From: Armatimonadota bacterium
Lineage (GTDB): Bacteria; Armatimonadota; Fimbriimonadia; Fimbriimonadales; GBS-DC
NCBI GenBank assembly: GCA_037445735.1
Contig: JBBIJY010000011.1
Coordinates: 32,614-96,613, forward strand
Direction of reading: 5' to 3'
Length of the DNA stretch: 64,000 nt
A program made the translations under genes and the position numbers. The notes under the pieces are model-generated. The model had not been told where the DNA came from. It ran no database searches and was given only the letters and a program-made list of their open reading frames with translations. Shown here piece by piece: positions 30,605 through 44,999 of this stretch. Every line of letters begins with the position of its first letter. The first letter of the stretch is position 1.

Positions 30605-31312
30605 ATGGGCTGGCTGGCACGGCTGCACTGTGGGCGCGTGCGCCGACAGCGCTGGCAATACCTGGACGGCACGCTGTCGGATCGCCAGAGGGCGGCAATA
30701 GAGGCGCATTTAATGCAATGCATCGGCTGTCGCGCCGAGTACGCCAGAGCCGCCTGCGCCCTCGAATCGCTCCAAAAAGGGTTGCCACTGGAGCCAGATA
30801 TGCTGCCTGCTCGCCCGCGCCGCTGGCGGATTGTCCTGCTGTTAACGCTAACAGTGCTGGGGGCTGGCAGCGGGCTGTGGCTGAGCGAGGTCAGCGGGCG
30901 GAGCAGGGAGGTTTCCCCTGAGCGGGATACTCAAGCCACGCTGAACCCCTCACCCCAACCCTCTCCCAAACGGGGAGAGGGGGATAGCAGAATCTCTCCC
31001 CAGCGGGAAGAGGGCGTTGCGAAAATCCTCTCCCCCAGCGGGGGAGAGAGTGCGGGTGAGGGGGCTTTGCACTCCACGCCTTCGAGAAACCGCTCACCCC
31101 TGCGGGGAGAGGGCGCTGCGAAAACCCTCTCCCCCAGCGGGGGAGAGGGTACGGGTGAGGGGGTCAGACGCACAACCACGAAACCCACTGCACGCAAGAA
31201 GCGACCCGCCCGAAGCGCACCCAAACCCGCCCCGCCACCAGAAGGAACCATCGAAGTCTATGACGAATCCGGTCAACTGATCCGACGCGACAATGTACGG
31301 GGGACGCGATGA
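30605..31312 (+). CDS. Putative zf-HC2 (ZAS) anti-sigma factor membrane protein
   Basis: YLDGTL...HLMQCIGC (HxxxCxxC), TM helix, repeat-derived extracytoplasmic linker. Confidence 0.75.
   Translation: MGWLARLHCGRVRRQRWQYLDGTLSDRQRAAIEAHLMQCIGCRAEYARAACALESLQKGLPLEPDMLPARPRRWRIVLLLTLTVLGAGSGLWLSEVSGRSREVSPERDTQATLNPSPQPSPKRGEGDSRISPQREEGVAKILSPSGGESAGEGALHSTPSRNRSPLRGEGAAKTLSPSGGEGTGEGVRRTTTKPTARKKRPARSAPKPAPPPEGTIEVYDESGQLIRRDNVRGTR
30946..31163. repeat. Cluster of about 5 CCCTCTCCC/GGGAGAGGG hairpin copies in-frame in a CDS
   Basis: Encodes PSPQPSPKRGEG, SPQREEG, LSPSGGESAGEG, SPLRGEG and LSPSGGEGTGEG; internal duplication of about 72 bp. Confidence 0.85.
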
Positions 31313-32037
31313 GACAGACAACGCCCTCTGAACCGCGCATCACGCTGGAGGCAAAGGGTACCGACGCACGCGAGGTGTTCGCTGAGCTGTTCCGTCAGGC
31401 GGGCACGCCTTTCGTGCTGCATGTCGCGCTGGAGCGCCCTCTCTACCTCACCCTGCGTGAAGTGCCTTTCCTGAAGGCGCTGCAGCTGCTGTGCGAGGCG
31501 ACCGATACGCGCTTCAGCGTGCGCGATGGGGTCTACCTGATTCTGCCGCGCCAGCCCCAGCAGCGACCGAAGACGGTGCACACCAGCCCCAGTATTAAAC
31601 TTGCTGGCATGGGGCTGAAGCTGACGGAGGTAGCGCGCGCCATCGAAGCGGGGACAGGCATCCGGATCGAAATCGCGCCCGGCACGCCGGAGTTGCGCTA
31701 TAACCTGAACCTGCCCTCGATGCCGCTGGAGCGGGTGCTGGACGCGCTGTGCAGGAATGCAGGTCTGCGCTGGGAGCGCACGGAGCGCGGCTATCGGATT
31801 ATGCCTGCCGAGCCACCGCGCCTGAAGGCGGGCACTGTGCCGATTCCATCGCCCGCCGACTCGATTCGCGGTTCGCGGGCGCAGCCACGCACCACACCCA
31901 ACCGCACCGTGCCACCTGACCGACCGCTGCAGTGCCCCAGGTGCCGCTATGCGCTCCAGATCGACTGGAAATATTGCCCCCTGTGTGGCGCGTGGGTGAA
32001 GCCGCTCACAGACCGTGCGAGGCGAGGGCAGCGATGA
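31309..32037 (+). CDS. Protein with tandem STN/secretin-N-like domains and C-terminal zinc ribbon
   Basis: ITLEAKGTDAREVFAELFRQAG...LTLREVPFLKALQLL pattern twice; CPRC...CPLCG. Confidence 0.6.
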   Translation: MRQTTPSEPRITLEAKGTDAREVFAELFRQAGTPFVLHVALERPLYLTLREVPFLKALQLLCEATDTRFSVRDGVYLILPRQPQQRPKTVHTSPSIKLAGMGLKLTEVARAIEAGTGIRIEIAPGTPELRYNLNLPSMPLERVLDALCRNAGLRWERTERGYRIMPAEPPRLKAGTVPIPSPADSIRGSRAQPRTTPNRTVPPDRPLQCPRCRYALQIDWKYCPLCGAWVKPLTDRARRGQR

Positions 32038-32477
32038 ACTGCTTCCTGCACCCGTACACACCCGCCATCGCCGAATGCACCGACTGCCATCAACCTCTCT
32101 GTGAGGTCTGCACGGTGCGTGTGAACACGCGCCCCTACTGCGAAGCGTGCGCTGCCAACCACGAACAGCACAGCACGCTCACCGCCTTCATCTTCGCGTT
32201 GCTGGTGCCCGGGCTGGGGCAACTGTACAACGGCGATTATATCAAGGCAATCATTATCTTTCTCACGGGCTGGCTGGTGATACCGTGGGTGTACGGGATT
32301 GTCGATGCGGTGCTAATGGCGCAGGAGATCGCCGATGGGCGGCGACCGGCGCAGGGCATCCGGGTCGGCTATCTGATCCTCGCCCTCAAAATTGGCGCGA
32401 TTTTCTTCTCCTGCCTATACATCTCGCTGGCGTGGCTCGCGCTGGGCAGCCTTGCAGCGCTGCTGGCGCGCCCATGA
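32034..32477 (+). CDS. B-box-type zinc finger + TM2-like membrane protein
   Basis: CFLHP...CTDCHQPLCEVC...YCEAC and LVPGLGQLYNG. Confidence 0.7.
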   Translation: MNCFLHPYTPAIAECTDCHQPLCEVCTVRVNTRPYCEACAANHEQHSTLTAFIFALLVPGLGQLYNGDYIKAIIIFLTGWLVIPWVYGIVDAVLMAQEIADGRRPAQGIRVGYLILALKIGAIFFSCLYISLAWLALGSLAALLARP

Positions 32478-32541
32478 GCGAGAGATTCTCAGCCGTCCAT
32501 CGTCAAAGTGATGTATAATCCCTATTATGGAGGGCTTTGAT

Positions 32542-35079
32542 ATGAGACGATGGCTCTTTATCGCGCTGGCGGGCTTGCTGGTCGGCGCATGGGCGCAGAC
32601 GCCTGAATCGCTGCAGGTACGCCGGCAGCTGGCGGAGCAGTTGCAAAAGGAGGCGCCGGGCGTGTTGCTCTATGAAGAGGGCACGGTTCTGCGGCGCATC
32701 TGGGGTGTGCCGTTCGGCTATGGCTCCTCGCCCGAGGAGGCGGCGCTCGCCTTCGTGGCGCGCTACAGCGGGCTGTTCACACCGGGCGCCAGCGAGCTGG
32801 TGCTGACGGGCACCCAGCCCGTGATGCCGCCCCGCTTCACGGCAGTCTATTTCCAGCAGCAGGTGCAGGGTATCCCCGTCGATCGGGGCGAGCTGACCCT
32901 GCTGGTGCGCAACACGCCCGACCATCCGCTGGTGCTGGCAAGCAATGCCGTGCGCTTCGTGGAACCCGTTTCCCTCAAACCGAGCCTCACCACCGACGAA
33001 GCGAGCGAACTGATTCGCAAGCTTCGCCCTGATCTCCATCAGGAGACCAGACCCGAACTGATTATCTATCCCGGAGAGGAACGCACCCACCTGGCATGGG
33101 TGCTGACCGTCGATTCGCATGGGCTGGAGCAGCCGGAACGCTATCGCGTGTTCATCGATGCACACAGCGGCGCGATTCTGGAGTGGCGCTCGGAGGTCTA
33201 TTTCGTGGACATCACGGGGAGCGTGCAGGGCTATGCGACGCCCGGTTTGCGCCCCGACCACAGCCGGAACCCGCCCGTGCTGATGCCGATGCCACAACTG
33301 CGCGTGTCCATCGTGGGCGGCTCCAGCGTCTACACCGATGCCAGCGGCTTCTTCACCCTGCCGTTCAGCGGCACAGGCAGCGCCACCGTGAGAGCGGACC
33401 TGATCGGTCCCTGGGTGCGCGTGGCGAACCAGGCAGGCACAACGCTCTTTCTGCAACAGACTGTGACACCACCCGGACCCGCCGACTTCATCTTCAACAC
33501 CGAGCGGGTGGAACTCAACACGGCGCAGGTGAACGGCTTCCTGCAAACGCAGATTGTCCACAACTTCGCCGACGCCATCAATCCCGCTTATCCCGGAATA
33601 GACTATCAGATCCCCTGCAATGTGAACATCAGCGATACATGCAACGCCTACTACTCGAGCCGCACGATTAACTTCTATCGCTCTGGCGGTGGCTGCGTGA
33701 ACACGGCATATTCCACCGTGATTTATCACGAGTACGGGCACTTCATCATCGCGATGGGTCATCCGAACGCTACTGGTGATTACCATGAGGGCATGGCGGA
33801 TGCGACGGCAGCCTTGCTGACCGCCGACCCGTGTCTGGGGCTGGAGTTTCGCGGCATCGGCACGGGATGTCTGCGCAATGCGGTCAACAGTGTGCGCTAT
33901 CCCTGCTCGGGTGAGGTGCATTACTGCGGACAGGTGATCAGCGGGGCGTTCTGGCAGACCTATCTGTCGATGCGCCAGCGCTACAGCAACAATCCGAGCT
34001 TCGCGCTGCAGAAGGTGCGCGAGTGGTACCTCAACAGCATCCTGCTGCGTCCGAACGGCATTTCGCCCCAGATCACCATCGATGTGCTGACGCTGGACGA
34101 CGACGATAACAACATCTACAACGGCACGCCGCACTACTTTCAGATTAACGAGGGCTTCTCGCGCCACAATCTGCCCGCACCGCAGATCGACTGGGTGCGC
34201 ATCGACGCGCTGGATTTGCCCGATCCGGTGGTTGCTCCTGCGCAGGGTGGCTGGCTGCCACTGATGCGATTCGTGGTGCGTGTCAGCCCACTGAGCGGTC
34301 AGCCCGACCGCTATCGGGTTTTCCTGCGCTACTCGATCAATCGGGGCGCCTATCAGCAGGTGCCGATGCGCTGGATGGTGGGCGACCGCTACATCGCGGC
34401 GATCCCCGTGCCCGCCTGCGGCAGCACGGTGCGGTACTACATCGAAGCCTACGACACGCAGGGGCGCGTCACCTACTACCCGCGTGGCGGTCAGAACGAC
34501 GCGCTGTCGGTGCTGGTCGCGTCAGGGCTGGTAACCATCCTCGAAGACACTGCCGAGACCGACCTGGTCTGGACAGTGCAGAACCAGAACCTGACAACTG
34601 GCGCGTGGGTGCGCGACATCCCGCGTGGCACAACCCAGAACGGTCTGCCTGCCAACCCTGGCGCCGATTCGCCTGATACGGGTTCGCGCTGCTTCTTCAC
34701 GGGGCAGGGTAGCGTCGGCGGCTCGGTAGGTGAAGCCGATGTGGACGGTGGACCCACCTACCTCATCTCGCCTATCATCAACCTGCAGGGCAGTGATGCC
34801 ATCGTGGAGTACTACCGCTGGTTCTACAACGGAACGGTCATCAACGACACCTTCTTCGTGGAGGTGTCCAACAACAACGGCGCCTCATGGGTGCGCGTGG
34901 AGACCGTGAGCTTCACAGGCAGTGAGAACCAGTGGATTCGGCGCAGCTTCTGTATCGGCGATTATGTGACGCCCAGCGCACAGGTGCGCATCCGCTTCGG
35001 CACCAGCGACAACCCGAACGACTCCATTTGCGAGGCGGGTGTGGATCACATCGTGATCCGACGCATCGCGTGCCCGTAA
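32542..35079 (+). CDS. Secreted gluzincin metallopeptidase (M4/M36-like) with propeptide and C-terminal beta domains
   Basis: Signal peptide; FQQQVQGIPV and FIDAHSGAIL propeptide motifs; YHEYGH, HEGMAD, EVHYCGQ. Confidence 0.82.
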   Translation: MRRWLFIALAGLLVGAWAQTPESLQVRRQLAEQLQKEAPGVLLYEEGTVLRRIWGVPFGYGSSPEEAALAFVARYSGLFTPGASELVLTGTQPVMPPRFTAVYFQQQVQGIPVDRGELTLLVRNTPDHPLVLASNAVRFVEPVSLKPSLTTDEASELIRKLRPDLHQETRPELIIYPGEERTHLAWVLTVDSHGLEQPERYRVFIDAHSGAILEWRSEVYFVDITGSVQGYATPGLRPDHSRNPPVLMPMPQLRVSIVGGSSVYTDASGFFTLPFSGTGSATVRADLIGPWVRVANQAGTTLFLQQTVTPPGPADFIFNTERVELNTAQVNGFLQTQIVHNFADAINPAYPGIDYQIPCNVNISDTCNAYYSSRTINFYRSGGGCVNTAYSTVIYHEYGHFIIAMGHPNATGDYHEGMADATAALLTADPCLGLEFRGIGTGCLRNAVNSVRYPCSGEVHYCGQVISGAFWQTYLSMRQRYSNNPSFALQKVREWYLNSILLRPNGISPQITIDVLTLDDDDNNIYNGTPHYFQINEGFSRHNLPAPQIDWVRIDALDLPDPVVAPAQGGWLPLMRFVVRVSPLSGQPDRYRVFLRYSINRGAYQQVPMRWMVGDRYIAAIPVPACGSTVRYYIEAYDTQGRVTYYPRGGQNDALSVLVASGLVTILEDTAETDLVWTVQNQNLTTGAWVRDIPRGTTQNGLPANPGADSPDTGSRCFFTGQGSVGGSVGEADVDGGPTYLISPIINLQGSDAIVEYYRWFYNGTVINDTFFVEVSNNNGASWVRVETVSFTGSENQWIRRSFCIGDYVTPSAQVRIRFGTSDNPNDSICEAGVDHIVIRRIACP

Positions 35080-35085
35080 ATCGAG

Positions 35086-35117
35086 GTGCAGGGGTGTTCC
35101 GAAGAACACCCCTGCAC
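35086..35117. terminator. 14-bp perfect hairpin between convergent genes
   Basis: GTGCAGGGGTGTTC-CGAA-GAACACCCCTGCAC. Confidence 0.7.
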
Positions 35118-35125
35118 AGGCTCCA

Positions 35126-36199
35126 CTATGCCTCCGCAGCTGAATCCCCACTGCTGAAGCTGGTGATACTGATTTCGGCGGCGAGCTTGCCTGCGATTTC
35201 GCGGAACGCCTGCGCCTGTGCCGAGTCGGGCGCAGCTAAGATTGCGGGCTGACCGGCATCGCTGGAGAGGCTCACCACAGGATCGAGCGGAACGGTGCCC
35301 AGAAATGGTACACCGAGCCGTTCGGCGAACCGTCGTGCGCCCGGACCGGGAAAGATGAGCGTGCGCTCGCCACAGTGCGGGCAGACGAACGCGCCCATGT
35401 TCTCGATCACGCCCAAAATCGGCGCGTTCAGCCGGCGGAACAGAGCGACCGACTTGCCCGCGATGCTAGCTGCCACCTCCTGCGGGGTCATCACAATCAC
35501 CACGCCCGTGAGCGGCACCAGCTGCGCGGTGGTCATCGGCGCGTCGCCCGTGCCCGGTGGCAGGTCAACAATCAGGTAGTCCAGCTCGCCCCAGCGCACA
35601 TCCACAAACAGCTGGCGCACCGTGCCCGCCACAATCGGACCGCGCCACATCGCCGCCTGATCCTCCTCCAGCAGGAAGCCCAGCGACATCACCGATAGCC
35701 CGTACCGCCGAATCGGGATAATCTGCTGCGATTCGACGAGCGGCTTCTCGTGCTGGCAGCCAAGCATCCTGGGGATGCTGGGACCGTACACATCGGCGTC
35801 CAGCAGCCCCACCCTGGCGCCCGTTTGCGCCAGCGCGACCGCCAGATTGACCGCCACCGTCGATTTGCCCACACCACCCTTGCCGCTGGCAATCGCCACG
35901 ATATGCTTGACATTCGGCAGGATATCTTCGGGCGCTATCGTGCGCTGGCGCACCTGCGCGGTCATCTCCACATTCACAGCGGTGACACCGGGCAGGGCCC
36001 GCAGGAGCGTTTCCGCCTGTGCCTTCATCTGGTCGCGCACGGGGCACGCGGGCGTGGTCAGCTCGATCACCACCTTGACCGCGCCGTCGCAAATGATCAC
36101 ATCCTTCACGAACCCCAGCGAAACAATATCGCGATGGAGGTCGGAGTCAACAATAGTTCGGAGCGTGTCCAGCACCTGCTCGCGCGTTATCGTTGCCAT
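35126..36199 (-). CDS. mrp: Mrp/ApbC Fe-S cluster carrier ATPase
   Basis: LTTPACP, SGKGGVGKST, DADVYGPS, DLPPGTGD and ENM..CPHC motifs. Confidence 0.94.
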   Translation of the reverse strand: MATITREQVLDTLRTIVDSDLHRDIVSLGFVKDVIICDGAVKVVIELTTPACPVRDQMKAQAETLLRALPGVTAVNVEMTAQVRQRTIAPEDILPNVKHIVAIASGKGGVGKSTVAVNLAVALAQTGARVGLLDADVYGPSIPRMLGCQHEKPLVESQQIIPIRRYGLSVMSLGFLLEEDQAAMWRGPIVAGTVRQLFVDVRWGELDYLIVDLPPGTGDAPMTTAQLVPLTGVVIVMTPQEVAASIAGKSVALFRRLNAPILGVIENMGAFVCPHCGERTLIFPGPGARRFAERLGVPFLGTVPLDPVVSLSSDAGQPAILAAPDSAQAQAFREIAGKLAAEISITSFSSGDSAAEA

Positions 36200-36215
36200 G
36201 CTGAAGAGATTATAC

Positions 36216-36851
36216 CTAAGGGGCGAGGCGTTCGATGCGCCATGTGCCGTCGGGCTGGCGCGTGTAAAGCAGGCGGTCATGCAGACGGTTGGGGCGACCC
36301 TGCCAGAACTCGATTCGCTGCGGCACGATGCGATAGCCCACCCAGTAAGGCGGGCGCGGCACAGGCTGACCCTCATACCGGCGCTCCATCTGCGCCATGC
36401 GCTCCTCCAGCACCTGCCGATTGGGAATCGGCTGGCTCTGGGGCGAGACCCACGCCGCCAGCTGATGCCCGCGCGGGCGCGAGGCGAAATAGTCGTCGGC
36501 TTCCGCGTCGCTTACTGGCTCGACTGTGCCCTGAACGCGCACCTGCCGCTGCAGCGCGTCCCACCAGAATACGGCGCATGCGCGCGGGTTGTGGCTCAGC
36601 TGGCGCCCTTTGGCGCTATGGGCGTGCGTGTAGAACACCAGCCCGCGCTCGTCCAGCCCGCGCAGCAACACAAAACGCGCGTCGGGATACCCCGATTCGT
36701 CCACCGTCGCGATGCACATCGCGTTCGGCTCGACCACCTGCGCCTCCATCGCCTCTTTCAGCCAGCGCTCCAGCTGGCGAATCGGGTCAGGGTCCACTTC
36801 CGTCTCCAGCAACTGCCCTTGATTATAGTCCACACGCACAAACAGGTTCAT
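36216..36851 (-). CDS. pdxH: Pyridoxamine 5'-phosphate oxidase
   Basis: ARFVLLR, RQVRVQG, YFASRP, EFWQGRPNRLHDR and RLAP motifs. Confidence 0.96.
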   Translation of the reverse strand: MNLFVRVDYNQGQLLETEVDPDPIRQLERWLKEAMEAQVVEPNAMCIATVDESGYPDARFVLLRGLDERGLVFYTHAHSAKGRQLSHNPRACAVFWWDALQRQVRVQGTVEPVSDAEADDYFASRPRGHQLAAWVSPQSQPIPNRQVLEERMAQMERRYEGQPVPRPPYWVGYRIVPQRIEFWQGRPNRLHDRLLYTRQPDGTWRIERLAP

Positions 36852-36854
36852 TGC

Positions 36855-37271
36855 TCACTCCCCAATAATCTGCACATGCACGGTGCGGGTGCGCGGGCGC
36901 GTGTCGAAATCGACCAGCACAATCTGCTGCCATGTTCCAATCACCAGCTGCCCGTTCACAAAGGGCACGGTGAGCGAGGGACCCAGAATCGAGGCGCGAA
37001 TGTGCGAGTGCCCGTTATCATCTTTCCAGCGGGCTTCGTGCGCATAGAACTCGTCGCGCGGCGCAATCCGTTCCATCACCCGCGCCATGTCCTGCTGCAA
37101 GCCTGGCTCATACTCAATCGTGGTTACAGCGGCGGTGGAGCCGACCACAAACACCGTCGCGATGCCGTTCAGCAGCCCGCTCTGCAAAAGCGCCTGCTCG
37201 ACCTGACCCGTGATGTCGAGCATGTCATCGTTGCCCTGCGTCTGCACCGAGAACCTCGCCGAATAGACCAT
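36855..37271 (-). CDS. yjbQ: YjbQ/UPF0047 family protein
   Basis: DITGQV, NGHSHIRASILG and GTWQQIVLVDFD motifs. Confidence 0.9.
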   Translation of the reverse strand: MVYSARFSVQTQGNDDMLDITGQVEQALLQSGLLNGIATVFVVGSTAAVTTIEYEPGLQQDMARVMERIAPRDEFYAHEARWKDDNGHSHIRASILGPSLTVPFVNGQLVIGTWQQIVLVDFDTRPRTRTVHVQIIGE

Positions 37272-37341
37272 CGCCAAACCGCCCCCTGTAAAGATATTGT
37301 ACCCCGCATCGAGCGGGTACAATCGACTGGGCAGGATGCCC

Positions 37342-39042
<1,701 letters not shown>

Positions 39043-39068
39043 AAAAAGGCACAAAATGCCCCAACCCC

Positions 39069-39098
39069 TTGACAAATCCGTCGCGCATCGGGTATAGT
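39069..39098 (+). promoter_or_regulatory. Sigma70 promoter of act-cox operon
   Basis: TTGACA-N18-TATAGT. Confidence 0.75.
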
Positions 39099-39163
39099 AT
39101 AAAGCGGTAGAGAGCGGTCTGGAACCGCTCTCTCTATGGAGAAAACGCTTAGCGTGGCTAACT

Positions 39164-39181
39164 TTGTGATAAAAATCACGA
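39164..39181. promoter_or_regulatory. Rex-like (or CRP/FNR-like) operator
   Basis: TTGTGATAAAAATCACGA versus Rex consensus TTGTGAAnnnnTTCACAA; lies downstream of the promoter. Confidence 0.6.
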
Positions 39182-39243
39182 ACCGGGCATGCGGGCGTTT
39201 GAAACGCTCGAAAGTTGCCCGCTTATAGGGCGAGGTCCAAGCG

Positions 39244-39966
39244 ATGGCACAGGTATTCAAGCGCTACCATAACACGGTCGCGCGGGCAACAATCGGTGGT
39301 GGGCTGCTGGCGCTGATCGCGCTGGTGCTGGGCGGCTCCAGCATCACCCGCTCGCCGTGGTGGACGCGCGCGGGCGAACCGCCGGACCAGCCCGTGCCCT
39401 TCAGCCACAAGCACCATGCCGAGGAGCTGGGCATCGACTGCCGCTACTGCCACTGGTCGGCCACCAAATCGGCGCACGCGGGCGTGCCGCCCGCCGAAGT
39501 GTGCATGACCTGCCACTCCCAGATATGGACGAACAGCCCTCTGCTCCAGCCCATACGCGACAGCTATCAGAAAGACCAGCCCATCGTCTGGAACAAGGTG
39601 AACGACCTGCCCGAATTCGTCTACTTCGATCACAGCATCCATGTGAACAAGGGCATCGGCTGCAACGAGTGCCACGCCGGTATCGAGAAGATGCAGCTCA
39701 CTGCCAAGTCCCAGCCCTTCTCGATGTGGTGGTGCCTGAACTGCCATCGCAACCCCGAAAAGTATATCCGCCCCAGAGGCGAAGTGTTCAATATGTACTA
39801 CAAAGTGCCCCGCACAGCGGAGGAGATGCGCGCGCTGCTGGAGAAGCACGACATCCAGTGGAATGGCAAGCTGCCGCGCAATCAGGAGGAGCTGGGCGCA
39901 CTGCTGGTCAAGCAATACAACATTCACAAGGAGCAGCTGAGCGACTGCTCGGTGTGCCACCGATAG
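39244..39966 (+). CDS. actA: Alternative complex III pentaheme cytochrome c subunit
   Basis: Five CxxCH motifs, QPVPFSHKHH, N-terminal TM helix. Confidence 0.93.
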   Translation: MAQVFKRYHNTVARATIGGGLLALIALVLGGSSITRSPWWTRAGEPPDQPVPFSHKHHAEELGIDCRYCHWSATKSAHAGVPPAEVCMTCHSQIWTNSPLLQPIRDSYQKDQPIVWNKVNDLPEFVYFDHSIHVNKGIGCNECHAGIEKMQLTAKSQPFSMWWCLNCHRNPEKYIRPRGEVFNMYYKVPRTAEEMRALLEKHDIQWNGKLPRNQEELGALLVKQYNIHKEQLSDCSVCHR

Positions 39967-39976
39967 AGAGACGGCG

Positions 39977-43004
<3,028 letters not shown>

Positions 43005-43021
<17 letters not shown>

Positions 43022-44447
43022 AGCGAAGGCGATTCAGGAGCCGCCCCTGTTTGAGGGCGAGCAAACCTACGAGCGCATCACCGCGCAAATAGGCGACATC
43101 CCGTTCGAGCGGCATCCGACCGCATGGACGGTGATGTTCGGGCTGGGCTTTCTGGGCACAACCTTGCTGGTGTTCGCGCTCTGCATCCTGCTGCTGTGGG
43201 GCGTGGGCATCTGGGGCGTCGACCAGCCCGTCGGCTGGGGCTTCGACATCATCAACTTCGTCTGGTGGATTGGTATCGGACACGCGGGCACCCTCATCTC
43301 CGCCATCCTGCTGCTGATGCGTCAGGCATGGCGCATGTCGATTAACCGATTCGCCGAAGCGATGACCATCTTCGCGGTGATGTGCGCGGGCATGTTCCCC
43401 GCGATTCACACGGGGCGACCGTGGGTGGACTACTGGCTGCTGCCGTTGCCGAACTGGCTGGCGCTGTGGCCCCAGTTTCGCAGCCCGCTGGAGTGGGATG
43501 TGTTCGCCGTCTCCACCTACTTCACTGTCTCCGTGCTGTTCTGGTACATGGGGCTGATCCCCGATCTGGCGGCGGTGCGCGACCGTGCTAAAAGCCAGCT
43601 GGCGAAGGTGATCAGCGGCATTCTCTCATGGGGCTGGCGCAACTCGGCTGTCCACTGGATGCGCTTTGAGAGCGCGTACCTGCTGCTCGCCGGGCTGTCC
43701 ACCCCGCTGGTGCTGTCCGTCCACTCGGTGGTGAGCCTCGACTTCGCCATCTCCATCGTGCCCGGCTGGCATGTCACCCTCTTCCCGCCCTACTTCGTGG
43801 CAGGCGCCATCTATTCAGGCTTCGCGATGGTGCTCTCTCTCGTCATTCCGTTCCGAATCCTCTACCCCAAACTGCGTGAATACATCACCATGCACCACAT
43901 CGATATGATGGCGAAGGTGATGCTCGCAACAGGGCTGATAGTGTTCTACGGCTATATGATCGAAGCCTTCTTCGGCTTCTACAGCGCGAACCTGTTTGAA
44001 AAATATATGATCACGAACCGTATGTTCGGTCCGTACTGGCCGGTCTACTGGGCGCTGATCTTCTGCAACGGTGTGGTGCCGCAGCTGCTCTGGTTCCGCA
44101 AAGTGCGGTTCAACCTCTTCTGGCTGTTCGTGATTTCCATCATCGTGAATGTCGGTATGTGGCTGGAGCGATTCGTGATTGTGGTGATAAGTCTGCACCG
44201 CGATTTCACGCCGTCGGGCTGGGGCATGTATGGACCCACCATCTGGGATATAGCGACCTATGCGGGCACCATCGGCTTCTTTGTGATGATGATGTTCGTG
44301 TTCGCGCGATTCGTGCCGATGCTGGCGATGGCGGAGCTGAAAGATTTGTGGTATCGGCTGTACGGGCATCGGGGCGGGCATAACGGGCACGCCCCTGCAG
44401 GCGAACCCGTGCATACGCCCGCACCCACATCGGGAGGAGGTGCATAA
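43005..44447 (+). CDS. actC: Alternative complex III subunit C (NrfD-like quinol-binding)
   Basis: NFVWWIGIGHAGTLISA, SPLEWD and GMWLERF motifs. Confidence 0.95.
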
Positions 44448-44450
44448 GCG

Positions 44451-44999
44451 ATGGCTCATGTGGCAACGGCACCCCGAATGTACGGCATAATGGCGGAGTT
44501 CGACTCGCCCGAAGCTTTGATCGAGGCGGCGCGCCGAACCCGCCTGGAGGGCTACCGCCGCTTCGATTGCTATACGCCCTTCCCCATCCACGGCTTGACC
44601 GACGCGATGGGCATCCGTGAGGCGAAGGTGCCCTGGACAGTCTTCATCTGCGGGCTGATCGGCGCCCTCTTCGGCTTCGGATTGCAGGTCTACACCAGCG
44701 CGGTCGACTACCCGCTGAATGTCGGCGGGCGCGACCTCATCGCCTGGCCCTACTTTATCCCGATCACCTTCGAATGCATGGTGCTGTTCGCGGCGTTTGG
44801 TGCGTTCATCGGCATGCTGGCATATAATGGACTGCCCGCACCCTATCATCCCGTGTTCAATGTGCCACAGTTCGCCCGTGCCAGCGTGGATCGCTTCTTC
44901 CTCTGCATCGAGGCGCGCGATCCGAAGTTTGACCTGCAGCGCACGCGCACCTTCCTGCAATCGCTCAACCCCGTCAGCATCAGCGAGGTGGAAGAATGA
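44451..44999 (+). CDS. actD: Alternative complex III subunit D (DUF3341)
   Basis: YTPFPIHGL, DYPLNVGG and PITFE motifs. Confidence 0.93.
   Translation: MAHVATAPRMYGIMAEFDSPEALIEAARRTRLEGYRRFDCYTPFPIHGLTDAMGIREAKVPWTVFICGLIGALFGFGLQVYTSAVDYPLNVGGRDLIAWPYFIPITFECMVLFAAFGAFIGMLAYNGLPAPYHPVFNVPQFARASVDRFFLCIEARDPKFDLQRTRTFLQSLNPVSISEVEE

Noticed and set aside
30946-31163. Possible CRISPR array
   Set aside because: Repeats are degenerate, differ in length and orientation, lack regular unique spacers, lie in-frame in a CDS, and no cas genes are present
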